From assembly GCA_965153355.1 (NCBI GenBank), contig OZ231126.1, positions 11,346,001-11,410,000 of the forward strand: 64,000 bases of DNA, in the 5' to 3' direction. The DNA comes from Flaccisagitta enflata. Lineage: Eukaryota. Shown piece after piece: positions 14,106-28,292 of the stretch (its first letter is position 1; every line of letters begins with the position of its first letter). The position numbers were made by a program, and so were the translations under genes. The notes under the pieces were generated by a model. That model saw nothing but the letters and a program-made list of their open reading frames with translations. It had not been told where the DNA came from and ran no database searches.

Positions 14106-14502
14106 CTGTCCTTGACAATTTTTTTTTATCTCCTTTCAGTTCTTCCTCTTCTTTGCTCCCTCTTTCTTTTTCCTCTTATTTCATTGACATGTTTCAGCAG
14201 CCCTCAATAAAAACCACCTGCGTCTTTAGAACAAACTGATGTTAGTTCACGTCGCTTTATCTTCAATGACATGTCTGGGTACTAGTTTCTAGAACTAGCA
14301 GATGGTAATCAGTGAATACTATTCACACTCTCAGTACCTATTGTTTTTCAACAGATGCTCCTCAATGGCATGTTGGGGCACCACGTTACTAGAATTAGCA
14401 GATGGAAATCACAACCACTTTACCCATTGTTTTTCATCATAGGCTTTTCAATGGCATGTTTGAGGATCGTCTAAGATATTTACAATTTTCATTATCCAAC
14501 AG

Positions 14503-14688
14503 AGGCTCTGTACGTGGCGGTGGTGGAGCAATTTACCGATTCCAAATGCTGCGGCCTTCAGAGGCGGATTTTGGAGAGTTGCAACATCCACATCATCCCC
14601 GTCGACCCCAAACTTCCCGTCAAAACCTTCCGTCACCAAACAGTCGCTCAATCATCCCCACAATATTGGCTCGGGCTCACCTCAGAAG
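14503..14688 (+). CDS. Internal exon of NHL-repeat protein gene (phase 1 / phase 1)
   Basis: Acceptor ttttcattatccaacAG, donor G|GTAAGC. Encodes ALYVAVVEQF...PQYWLGLTSE-G, which joins in frame to NIIVSD of exon 32214 to complete an NHL repeat. Confidence 0.8.
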
Positions 14689-15698
14689 GTAAGCGAATGT
14701 TGAATGTCACCAAATGAATACATGTAGAAGAGGAAGGCCATATATCACGTGCGGGTGGGCAGGGTCAGCGTTAAACGAGGCTAACTAAGCATTTGGGCCG
14801 GAGTATAGTAGTTATAAGAAAAACGCCTGTTATCGCTTAAAAAGCAAAGTGTTACCGACGAAACACCCGACCGACCACCCGACCGACATAGCGGGTTACA
14901 GAGACCACAAAAAGCAAAAGGCTTCTGGTCCAACTTTTGAGAGAGACAAACCCCACATGAATCGATGATAATAACATATTCACGTAAAGATTTGATCACT
15001 TGACAAGTTGAGAAACTATTTTCGAGCAGCGCTCTCTTGGCTCTGCAATAAATTTGGCTGATTCAGACGTTGATTTCAAACTTGAAAATCCTTTTCTTTG
15101 TCATTCGCAATCGTTAAACTTATTTCAAGTCTCTTTTTCGACGCCCAACTTCTTTCTTCTCGGCCTTTTTTCTTCATTTAAACGTCTTTTTTAAAGCGGT
15201 AGTCGGGATCTTCTTTGATTCGCAAAACCATTTTTCTGTCTAGGGCCTTATCTTCTCTTTTCTTTTCTTTTCTTTTGCCTAATTTTCTTCTTCTGCCTGT
15301 TAAATTTGCGAGTTTCTTCCCTCGCATGTTGTACCAATGGTACTACGCGTCCTCGATCCTCTGTAAGACGTCTGTGCTACCATATTTCTGTCCATTCACC
15401 CGTCTTTCTGACGATCTGTCCGACTGTGTTTCCCCTCCGTCTGTCTGTCGATAATGCTGTTTTCACATTGTGAGAGATGGCCGTAAAACAGGTCTTGTAG
15501 GTTTCATCTGTTTTACTTGCCATTTCCGAATGGTCTAAGCTTTTTCTTTTTTTCTACGCTCGTGAAACCAGATTGCGCTCATCTTGTCAGTAGCTAAAAA
15601 GCGTTTGTGACGTGAACTTGGAAAATTCATTTGGCCATTTTTCAATATTTGATGCCTCCTGCTGCGCTCAAAAAACTCAAGTCATTTTCACTTCGTTT

Positions 15699-15733
<35 letters not shown>

Positions 15734-15837
15734 ATAGACCGAAGATTGTTCTGACATTTATGTTTTGGACGTGCCCCAACGAAAATCGATCGTCTCTATG
15801 ATGCAATTTGCATTCTTTCAACGTTTTTTAAAGCATC

Positions 15838-16088
15838 AAATGCGGACAGATGATGCGGACAAATACTGCGGACAGATGATGCGGACAAATGATGCGGTCA
15901 AATGATGCGGACAAATGATACGGACAAATGATACGGACAGATGATGCGGACAAATGATGCGGACAGATGATGCGGACAGATGATGCGGACAAATGATGCG
16001 GTCAAATGATGCGGACAAATGATACGGACAAATGATACGGACAGATGATGCGGACAAATGATGCGGACAGATGATGCGGACAAATGAT
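15838..16088. repeat. 13-bp minisatellite (ATGATGCGGACAA/G), ~19 copies
   Basis: Directly visible tandem period. Confidence 0.93.
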
Positions 16089-16554
16089 TTCGACTTTACC
16101 AACAGGAGTAGAATGTAAATGACGGAAATGTAATAAAATACTGACTACAGGTGGTGAGAGCCGAGCAGATACGTACAGCGCCATCAACGACACCCGTCAC
16201 ATACCCAATTTCTGTCACTCAACCTTTTTTTTTCTTTCATCAGTAATGACCATTTTGTCAATCTCGCAGTTAAACAGTAAACAATTTACTCTGCACATTC
16301 GGGGTGGCCAAATTCAGCTCTGTTTTAGACATCGCTACCCAGATGCACATAATGAATCGGAATATGTTGAAAAAAGGTTAAAACGAAAAGTTTGATACTT
16401 TTGGAGCGATTCTGACTTTGCCTTTCCAATCCTATCATTTGCAATGGAAAGGCTTAAACTAAAAACAGAGAAAAACCAGTGGCTGTCACCAAAAGATGTG
16501 AATTGCAGGTCTTAACTATAACGGGTTCAGTTAAGATGTACTATTTCTTTAAAA

Positions 16555-17057
16555 TAAACCAAGACCCTAAATAGTAAGGGAAAAACAGCATGAACCAAGA
16601 TCCTGTATAGTAAGGGAATAATGGCATGAACCAAGACCCTGTATGGTGAGGGAAGAACGGCATGAACCAAAACCCTGTATGGTAGGGGAAAAACGGCATG
16701 AACCAAGATCCGGTATGATGAGGGAAAAACGACATGAACCAAAACCCTATATAATATGGGAAAAACGGCATAAACCAAGACCCTTTATAATGAGGGAAAA
16801 ACAGCATAAACCAAGACCCTGTATGGTAAGGGAAAAACGGCATGAACCAAAACTCTTTATAGTGAGGGAAAAACGGCATGAACCAAAACCCTGTATGGTA
16901 AGAGAAAAATGGCATGAACCAAGACCCTGGATAGTAAGGGAAAAACGGCATGAACCAAAACCCTTTATGGTGAGGGAAAAACGGCATGAACCAAGACCCT
17001 GTATGGTAAGGGAAAAACGGCATGAACCAAGATCCTATACAGTGAGGGAAAAACGGT
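16555..17057. repeat. 36-bp minisatellite (AGGGAAAAACGGCATGAACCAAGACCCTGTATGGTA), ~14 copies
   Basis: Head-to-tail degenerate units with no spacers. Confidence 0.92.
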
Positions 17058-17431
17058 AAAACCATTGGAAGAAAAAAAAGGAAAAAAAAAGCCAAGGAGC
17101 AGAGTTAAAGTGAATTGCTTAACGCAATTCACAAAAACGAACTAGTTCAGGTAAAAATAAAGGGATGGACAGGCAAGACCAGTTTTACTAGCCACTGAAA
17201 GATTGGACAGTCATTTTCACAACGAGTTAGATGGATGGAAAAGTTCATGGATTGAAATAATCCTTACCACTCTACCGTGGATCACCCGTTATCAGCATGA
17301 ACACAAGCCACATTCAGTCATCTTTTAACTTCGTGGCGGAGGATGAAAAAACTTTTTAACTTTTCATTTTCTGCAAATCAATTTATGAATGAAGAACATT
17401 CACTGACTACCGACAATCAGCCGTCCATTTC

Positions 17432-17511
<80 letters not shown>

Positions 17512-19195
17512 CAGACATAGACAGAGAAAGATATACAAAAATAGATACACTGTCACAGGGAGACAGACAGACATTCGAAGATAGGCTAGATACAGACTGA
17601 CAGAGACAGATATGAACATAGAATTGGGAAGAAATACAGTTAAAGAAAGATAGAATAAAAAAGGAAAACAAAGTGAGAGCCCGTAGTTTCTCCGGATTCG
17701 AAAATATTTTGATTCAATTTCTTTCTCCTCAAAACTGCTTTGATCAAAACACAAAGAATATATGGCTGCATAAAATTGTGATGTTCAAATTTGAAAGGGA
17801 AAAAGAATTGTGGGACCCGAGGCAATGTACCGCTGGCAATGTAATAGATAGTTTTGGATCATGAAAGAAACGGAGGAGAGAATGAGGAAGCGGGAGCTGA
17901 GATAGCAGGGGATATGTTAGTGGGATATTTCTTTGTCAGTAAATAGTAGACATCTCATATCTTCTTTGATCGTGCTTTCCTGTTCCAAACAAATTTTCAT
18001 CCCATGATTGAGCGTGAGAAATAAATATCTCTCAAAAAAGGTAAGGCCGGTCACACTGGCCAAGACGCTGCGCCTGGCGTTATCTATTCCTTCACCTATT
18101 CCTAGCTCTAAGCCCCTGACCCTATCTCAAGGTCAAGTGACCTATCTCCAGCTCTAGGAGACTTTTCCCAAGGTCTATCAGACCAAACGAAGGAGAAAAA
18201 CGATGTTTAATACCAGTGATGGCGGCTGTCGCCGTGAGAAAAAAAGTTGTAAGCATTGGTCACTTTTCACCAAGCTTTTGTTTTTGGTCGCTGCAAATCT
18301 TTTTATTTGTTTGATCAAATCAAGAGCAATTGCATGTTTTGATTGCAATAAAAATCAGAAAAAAATAAGTCTGAGTCAAATGAGCTAGATGAGCGAAAAT
18401 GCTCAAAATCACTCAACCAAACAACCAGCTATGTTCACTGACATGCTTTCTTGTATTTACATGCTCACATCAAAACATTCATTTTTTTATCCCATTAGAA
18501 ATATAAAAGAAATGAGCTAAATGAGCTAAGTGAGCTAGAATACCTAAAAACACCTTCACAGATGAGCAACCCATTGCATAACGACTTCTGTAGTAACGCC
18601 ATTTCCGGTATTCTCCACGGCAACGTAACACCATTTTGGCGTCTAAATGGCGTTATTTGAGGCGTTATTATTATTGTCATTGCTGTCACTTTTTTGTCCA
18701 TCTTTTTTACTCATTATGGATTTTTTGTGATCATTTAAAAAAAAAACTAAGATAGAAAGAATGTTATATTATATATTCACCATCAATAATGATTTTTTTC
18801 ATTTTTCATTTTTTACTTTTCATTTTTCATTTATTACTTTTCATTTTTCATTTTTTATTATTCACTTTTTACATTTAATTTTTTACTTTTCATTTTTTAT
18901 TTTTCATTTTTCATTTTTCATTTTTCATTTTTCATTTTTCATTTTTTATTTTCAATTTTTATTTTTCAATTTTCAATTTTCAATTTTTTACTTTTTATAT
19001 TTCACTTTTCACTTTTTAGTTTTTAATCTTTTTTTATTTTCGTTTTATTTCTTGACTTTTTGATTTTTTTCTTTTTTTCTTTTTGACTTTTTGATTTTTT
19101 TCTTTTTTTTTCCTTTTAATTTTTCAACTTTTAATTTTCTATACGTAGTTTTTCTTTTTTCTCTTTTTTTAACCTTTAATATTTAAAGTTTCATA

Positions 19196-20158
19196 ACAAT
19201 GGCAAAAAAAAAACCGGACAGTTACTTCTTTTGCTCATAAATCCTTTGAAAATTCACCCAGTGTGCTGAGATTTTTACTGAAGTTACCTTTTAGTATCAT
19301 TAAGCATCACTGAAAAAATCAATGACCTGCTCCAGATAGTTTAAGAATTATAGATTTTTTAAAAGTGCTTGTCAAATGATCAGAAATTCAATCTGCACAC
19401 ATAAGAATTTACAAAAAGAGAACAAACAAACTTTAAAAAACCATACTAAATCTAGTCCGATTTTGATGAAATTTGAAGTGGAAGTAGACCACATTGTTAG
19501 CAGGCTGTGGTTTACTACAAAACTCAAATTATTTTAGCAGAAACAGCAAATTTTCTAAACTTTTTTTTACGGTTTTAAGAAAGAAGTAAATGAAGATGAA
19601 ATCCAAAATATAAATCAATGCTATAGCCGTAGTTTTTAACCAATTATCATAATTTTTTAACTGGTAACTTTTGTACATATGGTTCATCTCCAGTAAAATT
19701 TTTGTAAAGATTGAAGCATTTTTAGACCCCCAAATTGCAAAAATGTTTTTACAGGTGGCTAAATATTTTTTATCCTGAGCAAGCTTACAATCAAACAATA
19801 TCTACCCCACTAGACTTTATCTGAGTAGAAGCAAATTTTGCCTAGTATTAGTAAATAACACCATCAGACTACAGTTCAAAAATCATAACAAAACTCTCAA
19901 TACTTTTTGCACAATGTCAATTTTACTAAAAATAGAATTATTTTGATGAAGGATAAATGTCATCTTTGGCAGTCAAAAAAAGAGGTGACTTCAGTAAAAA
20001 CCTGATTACGGCTGAAGTATTCAACGGATTTTGATGAAATTTGAACCACACATAGTCCAAATCATGGCTATTATTCACTGTAAATTTTATGCAAATTGGT
20101 CAACATCTTCATATGTTTTTGCTCTCTCAAAATTTGTCCGGTTTTTTTTTGCCATTGT
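19196..20158. mobile_element. Non-autonomous TIR element flanked by TA (Tc1/mariner-like MITE)
   Basis: TA|ACAATGGCAAAAAAAAAACCGGACA ... TGTCCGGTTTTTTTTTGCCATTGT|TA; AT-rich noncoding interior. Confidence 0.75.
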
Positions 20159-20401
20159 TATCTAAATTCTAATCTCATATATTTTTATTATTTATTCTTT
20201 AAAATCTTTATATAAAAGTATTCATATATTTCTTTTATCAAGAATGTTTTGATAGAAAATGATCAAAGTTTGGAAATGATCAATCATTCTCCAACATGCT
20301 TAACATGAGATTCAATAACATCGATGTAACATAAACGCGGAAACAATTTTCTCGGTTTTGGTCTCAGTCTCTCATAGAGAGATGACTACAGAGATACAGT
20401 G

Positions 20402-20442
<41 letters not shown>

Positions 20443-21126
20443 CAGATATTTTGTTTTCTGTTTATTTAATAGCTTTGAATAGCTTTGAATAGCTTTAAAT
20501 AGCTTCAAATAGCTTCAAATAGTTGTAAATAGCTTTTGATAGCTTTTGGTAGCTTTTATAGCTTTATATAGCTTTAATTAAACAGTAACGACCAGAAACG
20601 AAAGCGTAATATGCAAAAATTGTAACCATAGTGTCTTTGATGCTATAGGGAAATAGCAAAACGTGACAAAAAACGAGTTTCCGAATTTTCTACGCAATCC
20701 GTTGCAGATGGGTAGCTATGCTCACTGACATGCTTTTTTATATCTGCTGGCTTAAACATGTATCAAAATATTTATTCATTTATTGCATTTGAAATCAGAA
20801 AAAAAATTAAGCTAAATGAGCTAAAATATTCAAAATTACCCTCACAGATGAGCAGCTATGCTAATGAACATATTTTCTTGTACTTGCATGCTCAAACAAA
20901 CATAAATACACTCTTTTATTGATCCTACTTAAAATCATAATAAATTGAAAAAAAAATCAATTTGAATTTTTCATAAACAAATCTTTAAAAAGTCATAATG
21001 CATAAAATATTTGTTGCACACCATTCTACTTGGCGCCAAATGAAAGAGAATTATCAAATTTACTTACCTTATCAATTTCATTGGAGGCCACATTTGGTCG
21101 ATCAAGTTCCCCAACTTTTTAAAGAG

Positions 21127-21329
21127 ACAAGGCTGGATATATGGCTACCCTAGTTGCGTGCGGGTGGGCAGGAGCAGTGCTGGAGAGGGTCACTTGGGCA
21201 TCTGGGCAGGAGCTGTATGTTCAAAAAGCTCAAAAACGCCGAAAAAGTAACCAACCAACCAACCGACCAACCAACCGACCAACCAATGGACTAACATAGT
21301 GGGGTGTAGAGTTGCGTAACACGTGACTA
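21127..21329 (-). mobile_element. Helentron/DINE-like element, family A
   Basis: acaaggctggatatatggc...gcgtgcgggtgggcagg...(ACCA)n...gttgcgtaacacgtgactaaaa, the reverse complement of the family A layout. Confidence 0.7.
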
Positions 21330-22049
21330 AAAAAGGAAACCATATTTTTCTCGAATGTGTCAAAAAGTCAAAGACAGACTTCGACTTTTTTCCCATCAAT
21401 TATGAAGGATACGATTGAAGAACGACTCGAGTTTTCAAGTGATTACAAATATCTTCCGTGATTCTTCCTTGAAGAATGACGGATAGATGGACGGACAGAC
21501 GAACGAATGGACCAACAGAAAGTTGGACCGACAAACAGAGCCACTTATAGAGGCGCGTTGGCGCACCTAAGAAAAGTTTTCCAGCTTGGCCCCATTCAAA
21601 AACTGATGCTTGTTTTCATGTTCAAGCCCTTTTTTGGCAGCGGCCCCAAAGGGCACAGGGATGAATTTTCAGATGGCCTTCTGTCCAGGTATACATCCGT
21701 ATATTCCTTTTACGCCCTCCTGGGTCAAAAGCTAGCCCTCCCAATCAATGCTCTCAGATCCAAAATCAGTCCTTTCAGATCCAAATTCAACATTCTCAGG
21801 CCCAAAATCAGCCCTTTCAAACCTAAAATCTGACCAATCAGGTCTCAGGTCAGCCCTCAAATGTACCCTCCCAGGTCTCACCTCGCTTCTTTGGCTGACC
21901 TCTCCAAGCAGGGTATCGGGTACCGCTGATCATGTGCGATCCTTGGATGACTAATTAAAACATACTATATTACTATATCTTTTATTATTACTCAACGATT
22001 TCCGCATGTCAGCATTCATCGACGTTTTCATAGCATCTTGGAACAATGC

Positions 22050-22163
<114 letters not shown>

Positions 22164-22795
22164 ATTTTGTCAAAACATTTTGACAGTTAATTTGAAAAGG
22201 AAGGGTGATAAAAAAGTAGACGGGGTTGGTTTTCTTTTTTCATTTTTGGGATCTGTATGGGAATGACCCTCGCGAGCCCGTTGGGGGCTTTGGCAGGTCG
22301 ACCTAGATTTGAAGATTTACTGCGCTGGGCGCCTATTCAGTCGTATTGATTGGGCAGGGCGCCCATTTGATCATATTTATTGGTTAAGGTTCCTACTTAG
22401 TCAAATTCTTTGAGCGAAAGGGTAAAGGAAATGTTGCAAAAAGAGCAATGGCTTTTATGCGGTCTACGCCAAGGTTTTTTTCATCTTTTTTTAACAAAGT
22501 TTATTTACAGTTATGCTTCACTGGAGCGCCTTTTAAGGGACTTGGCAAAATTGTACCTTGTAAATGTTATGAAGCTGTCTAATTGCCAATATAGAAATGA
22601 CTACAAAACCATGTACGTATGGGTGGACATGTAAGCCTTAATAGCAGGTGCGCTCCAGATCCCAGATCCCACCCCCACAAAAAAAGAACACCCGTCACCC
22701 CAGAATCTTACCCCATTAAAAACCAATTTATCTGCGCGCTCTAGCGGTGCTCTTCTGTAGTTGAATTACTTGGAGGGGGCGAAATTTCGATGATC

Positions 22796-22972
<177 letters not shown>

Positions 22973-23471
22973 CGTCAAAATGTCTTGGATATTGTGGAAT
23001 GGAAGATGTGTGGCTGCCTCGCCAGCGTTTCTCCCGTTTGAGATTCGGAAGACAAAAAAATTGTCGAAAACAAGACAAAGTGTTTGTAGCTTTGGATTTG
23101 ATGTCTGTGAGGCGGAAATCCCTCTCCATTCACACGCCATTTATCTGTCTGTCTGTTTGTCTGTCGGTCTGTCTCACTCGCACGCGATATCTCTTCATTC
23201 TCTTACCGTCAGGGGAAAAATGGCTGACTTGCTATTTGAATTCCTTCGCGTTATCTCTCTTTCTATGTTAGTGTTTTTAGTTCTCTGTCTCTGCCTGAAT
23301 GTCTTTCTATTGGTTTGTATTTCACTCAAAAGGTACGAGACATGACATGATATAACATGAGTGTGTGTCTGTCGTTATTTTTTAGCCCTGCTTTTTCGTT
23401 GTCCACGGCTTCATGTCTTCATGTCAAATACTCTATCTGTCTGTCTATCTGTTTCTGCCTGTATGTTTCTA

Positions 23472-23614
<143 letters not shown>

Positions 23615-23711
23615 CCCTTCTACGTTGTTCTACAATCTCCTTGTGTGAATACAAACATTTCATTATTCGTTTCGAAAAAAAGAAGATAAAAACAAATGAA
23701 ACAGTAAATAA

Positions 23712-24000
23712 AACAAGGCCAAGTAGGCCAACGATGCGTCCTGTTTGAATGAGTGTTTTTTATGAATGAATGTTTTTTATGAATGAGTGTTTTTTCTTAT
23801 GAATGAATGTCATTCATGAATGAATAAATGATTTATTGAATGAACTAGTAGATGTATGCTTCTTTTACTGGGTCAGGACCAATTTTCTGTTGAAAAAATG
23901 CATGAATTCAATGTTTTTAATGAATGCGTTACAGACCAACCAACCAACCAACCAACCGACCAACGGGCACAGCCTATTATAGAGATGCGAGGACGCATCT
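23712..24000 (-). mobile_element. Helentron/DINE-like element, family C
   Basis: aacaaGGCC aagta GGCC aacGATGCGTCC ... (GAAT)n ... tatagAGATGCG agga CGCATCT aaaa. Confidence 0.8.
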
Positions 24001-24169
24001 AAAAAAGAATTCTCGGAAAACGGAAAGCCTTCGGCTTGAAGGGGCCCCGCAACGAATTGGCAGCTAACAAATTCAAGCGTTGGAAAAAAAAAAACAAAGA
24101 GAAATACAGAAAAAAAAGGAAGTAAACAACAAACAACATAAAAAAACAACGTAAAAAAATGAAATAAAT

Positions 24170-24351
24170 ACAAGGCCGGATACACGGCTAACCCAGTCGC
24201 GTGCAGGTGGGCAGATGCCTTATTTGAGGTCACCTGACCATTTGGGCAGGAGCAGTAGGGTCAAAGAATAAAAATCATAAAAAAAGTAAAATGTGACCGA
24301 CCAAGCGACCAACCGACGGACAAAGCGGGATGTAGTACGTAGCACGCGACT
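24170..24351 (-). mobile_element. Helentron/DINE-like element, family A
   Basis: acaaggccggatacacggc..agtcgcgtgc ... cgtagcacgcgactaaaaa. Confidence 0.78.
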
Positions 24352-24485
24352 AAAAATAAAATCGGGGACGACGCCAAGGAAGAGCGCGTAAACAAAGCAA
24401 ATGAACGGGAAAAACAAAAGGATAACAAACCCAGGATGATCCAGTTGAGTTGAAAAAGGCTGAAAATCAGACAGGAAGGCAAACG

Positions 24486-24586
<101 letters not shown>

Positions 24587-25900
24587 TGTGTAGGGGGGTG
24601 TAACTGTCTGTTTGTCTCTCTGTCTGCTTTCTTTTTTGTTTGGGCGTGTCTATGCAAGCAGTTGAGTGTGTCTGCGCATTTGATAGACAGATGAACACAT
24701 TGTCAGACAGACTGGAAGTGATACATCAATCACCATTCAGATAATCACCGCAAAATTACATTCAACCTTTTTTTTCTTGTATTTTGAAATCGAGATTGTG
24801 TGTGTTTTTATCGTTGATAGATTCAGTCGATCGGCCGTTTTTCTACAATTCTGAAAATCAATTATTGATCAAGTACATAAATGTGTTTCACTGCACTCAG
24901 CAATGATTTCAATAGTACAAGGCTATGTAGGCCGACATGTTACAGCGTAGATTGTCTAACGGGACATTGTCTAGCGGGACTTACCAACCACATAGCTACG
25001 TAGGTGGCACAAACTGACAAAAAAGAAATACCATTAAAAGCCTTCTTTAGATGCGTCTGTCCGTACGTTCGTCGTTCCGTCCGTTACGCCTGTGAGAATA
25101 CCGCGTTTCATGGCCTATTTTGGCCATGATCAGATCTTTCGCTGAATCACATGATTGACAAAATTGTTATGAGAGCCTCCTTTGCTACTCTGTCGTTTCA
25201 TCTGTCTGTTCGCGCATCTGTCTCTCCATATACGTCACATATCAAGCCCCAAATTCAACACACGCGGCGACACGGTTCGGACGCATTGTTACCCGATTGG
25301 GCTTGTTTTTTGTTGAACGCATCTTTCTTCCTCGCGGGGATAAGCTCAACACGAAAAGACAATGTGATCGATTTATTTCGCACAATCCTATTTTAGATAG
25401 TGGGCATTTGATAAAGAATTGAAGCCTATTGGGTTTTGTACTACTGCTTCAACCCAAGTGTTTGCTAAACCCTTTTCATCACTGCTCTTGCCAATTTGCA
25501 CGCAACTGGGGTAGCAGTTTATCCGGTCCATACGGCCAATACCAGGCGCAGACCAATGGGTGAAAATGAACGCTTTTATACTTTTAAATCAATCATTTTG
25601 GACGGACGGACGGACTGTCCAACGGATGTACACAGCTTTTGAACTCATTGCCAATTCCAAGAGTGAGTCAAATAGGAAAGTGGAACCAAGTCGTAAAAAA
25701 AACAATTTACGATCAGAACTCAGAACTCAGAAGACGTCTCACCAAAACTCGTTTCAAATTTGTTCCATTTATGACGTTCAAGTTTCCGGCCCCAGCCTTA
25801 GGACCTTGGACTTAGAGCTTAGGACTTAGGACTAAGCACTTAGGACCAAGGACCAAGGACTTAGGAATAAGGATTTACAACTTACGACTTATAATGAAGT

Positions 25901-26696
25901 CAGGGGCGGGGAGAGAAATGGCGGGCCCCCCTACTAGCCCCTTTGGCCGGGCCCCCCCTCATCCCCATTCCTCCCCCGCCTGTATATCTAGATTCCTCTA
26001 TCCATCCATCGCGCAGTTGGTCGCTCTGTCTCACTGTTACTTTTTTTTGGTCTTTGATTCAATGACCTCAATTAAGGCCCCTGCCCACCCGTACCTAACT
26101 GGGGTAGCCATGTATCCAGCCTTTTTTCAATGAAAATTACTCCAGTGCTCAAACTCCTATCTCCAGAGAAGTTTGAGCACTGGAGGAAGCAAAGCATAAA
26201 ATACAAAATTCTTAGCCAGCTAATTAGATTTTTTTTAAAAAATTATTATCTACCTCTACAAGGGCTCTTTTCTCACTTAAGTAGGGGAAAATCTAAGGGT
26301 AACTATATCTTTAAAATATGAATGGGCATTATTTTTTTCTTACTGGGGCCCCTCTCTTTACTTTTTTTTTTTGCACTTTTTTAGTCGCGTGCTACGCGAC
26401 TCTACACCCCGCTTTGTCGGTCCGTCCGTCCGTCACACTTTACTTTTTCGGCGTTTATAGGGTTTTTGGCTGTACCGCTCCTGCCCAAATGCTCCACTGA
26501 CCTCAAATATGGCTCCTGCCCACCCGCACGCGATTGGGGTAGCCGTGTATCCGGCCTTGTTTTTCTTTTTTTTTCTCCTTTTCTTTTTTTTTTCCTTTCT
26601 CTTTTTTTTCTTTTTCTCTCAAGGGCCCTCCCGGGCCCCAGGGGGGCCCGGGCCCCCCATTTTGTATGGGGGTGACCCCCCCTCTCCCCGCCCCTG
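25901..26696. mobile_element. hAT-like MITE carrying nested Helentron-like inserts
   Basis: TIR CAGGGGCGGGGAGAG / CTCTCCCCGCCCCTG; subterminal GGGCCCC motifs. Flanks share aatgaag only with an offset, so the TSD is imperfect. Confidence 0.65.
26383..26561 (+). mobile_element. Helentron/DINE-like element, family A (near-consensus copy)
   Basis: TT|AGTCGCGT gct ACGCGACT..(GTCC)n..GCACGCGA..GCCG tgtatc CGGC cttgtt. Confidence 0.82.
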
Positions 26697-26730
26697 TTAA
26701 ATGAAGGACTTAGGACTTGGGACTTGGGAC

Positions 26731-28278
26731 CAGGGTGTCACAAAGTGCCCGAGCACGCGAGCGGCGCTCGTAGGAAGCTAGCTAGGCTGGTAGGAAGGGA
26801 AGGGGGAAGAAGGAGAGAAAGAAAAAAAAGAGAAAGAAGGAAAGAAGAAAAGGAAGGAAAAGGAAGGAAAATAAAGGAAAAGGAAGGAAGAAGGGAAGAA
26901 GAAGGAAAGAGGAAGGAAGGAAGGAAGGAAGAAGAAAGGCAGAAAAAGTGTTTTCCTCCTGTTTATAAAGGAAGGAAGGAAGGAAGGAAGGAAGGAAAAA
27001 AGGAGGGAAAGAAGAAAGAAAGGAATGGAAGAAGCAAAGAAGTGAGGGAGGGAGATAGAAAAGAAGGAAAAAAGGAAATAAGGAAGGGAAGAAGAAAAGA
27101 AGGAAGGGAGGAAGGAAGGAAGGAAGAAGAAAGGCAGAAAAAGTTTTTCCCTCTTATTTTTAAAGGAAGGAAGGAAGGAAGGAAGGAAGGAAGGAAGGAA
27201 GGAAGGAAGGAAGGAAGGAAGGAAGGAAGGAAGGAAGGAAGGAAGGAAGGAAGGAAGGAAGGAAGGAAGGAAGGAAGGAAGGAAGGAAGGAAGGGAAAGA
27301 GTGGAAGAAAAAGTTTTCCTCTTACTGTTTTTAAAGGAAGGAAGGAAGGAAAGGAGGAAAGACAGTAGGAAGGAAGGAATGAAGGAAGGAAGGAAGGAAG
27401 AAGAAAAACAGAAAAAAAAATTTTCCTTCTGTTTTTAAAAGAAGGAAGGAAGGAAGGAAGGAAGGAAGGGAAGAAGGAAGGAAGGAGAGAATGAAGGAAG
27501 GTAGGCAGGGAGGAAGTAGGAAGAAAGGCAGAACAAGTTTTTCTCCTCCTGTTTTTAAAGAAAGGAGGGAACATATGAAGGAAGGAAGGAAAGAAAGGAG
27601 GAAAAAAGGGAGCAAGAAGGAAGAAAGCCAAAATGGTTTTTAGTTGCGGACACGCAACTCTATAAGAGGCTTTGTCCGTCCGTCCGTCTGTCAGTCTGAT
27701 GGTTCGTCATTCTGTAGGTCTGTTGGTCTATCGGTCAGTCCATAATGATAAAGTTGAAAAGTGGAAAAACAAGCGTTTTGGATACTTTTCGTGTATGTTT
27801 GTGTGTGAGGGGTGAGGATTGGGGGTTGGAGGCCCCTGCCCCCCCCCCCATCCACAAAAATATTGTGACCCTGCATCGCTTGTTTTTTCCATTCTATGTA
27901 AAGTCTTCTTTAATACACATTTGTATAGATGAAATTCTAGTTTATACGAATATAAAGCCTTAAAAATCCCAGCCTCAAGGCTCAGAACCCCCGCCTTAGG
28001 GCCCAAATCTCAACCTCTGGGTACTGGAATAATAAGTGTTGAAGTGTCTCTACCCTAAGGGCCAAAAAATTCTCTATGATTCCTATCAGCTCAAGCATGG
28101 GTATCTTTTGGGACTCTGTCCCTCTCACCATCTCATTCCCTCATGCACAAATACTTTGTGACTTGGTATATCATGTAACATAAGACATTCAACTTGCGGT
28201 AATCATACGCGTATCCAGTAGGAAGGGACAGGTGGAGGATTTTTGCTCGTAGGAAGCAAAAAATTTTGTGACACCCTG
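26731..28278. mobile_element. hAT-like non-autonomous element with 8-bp TSD
   Basis: TIR CAGGGTGTCACAAA / TTTGTGACACCCTG; TSD CTTGGGAC at 26723-26730 and 28279-28286. Interior has (GGAA)n and a family D insert near 27642. Confidence 0.85.
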
Positions 28279-28292
28279 CTTGGGACTTAATA

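Noticed and set aside
16555-17057. 36-bp repeat resembling a CRISPR direct repeat in length
   Set aside because: No spacers, no cas genes, and a eukaryotic intronic context.
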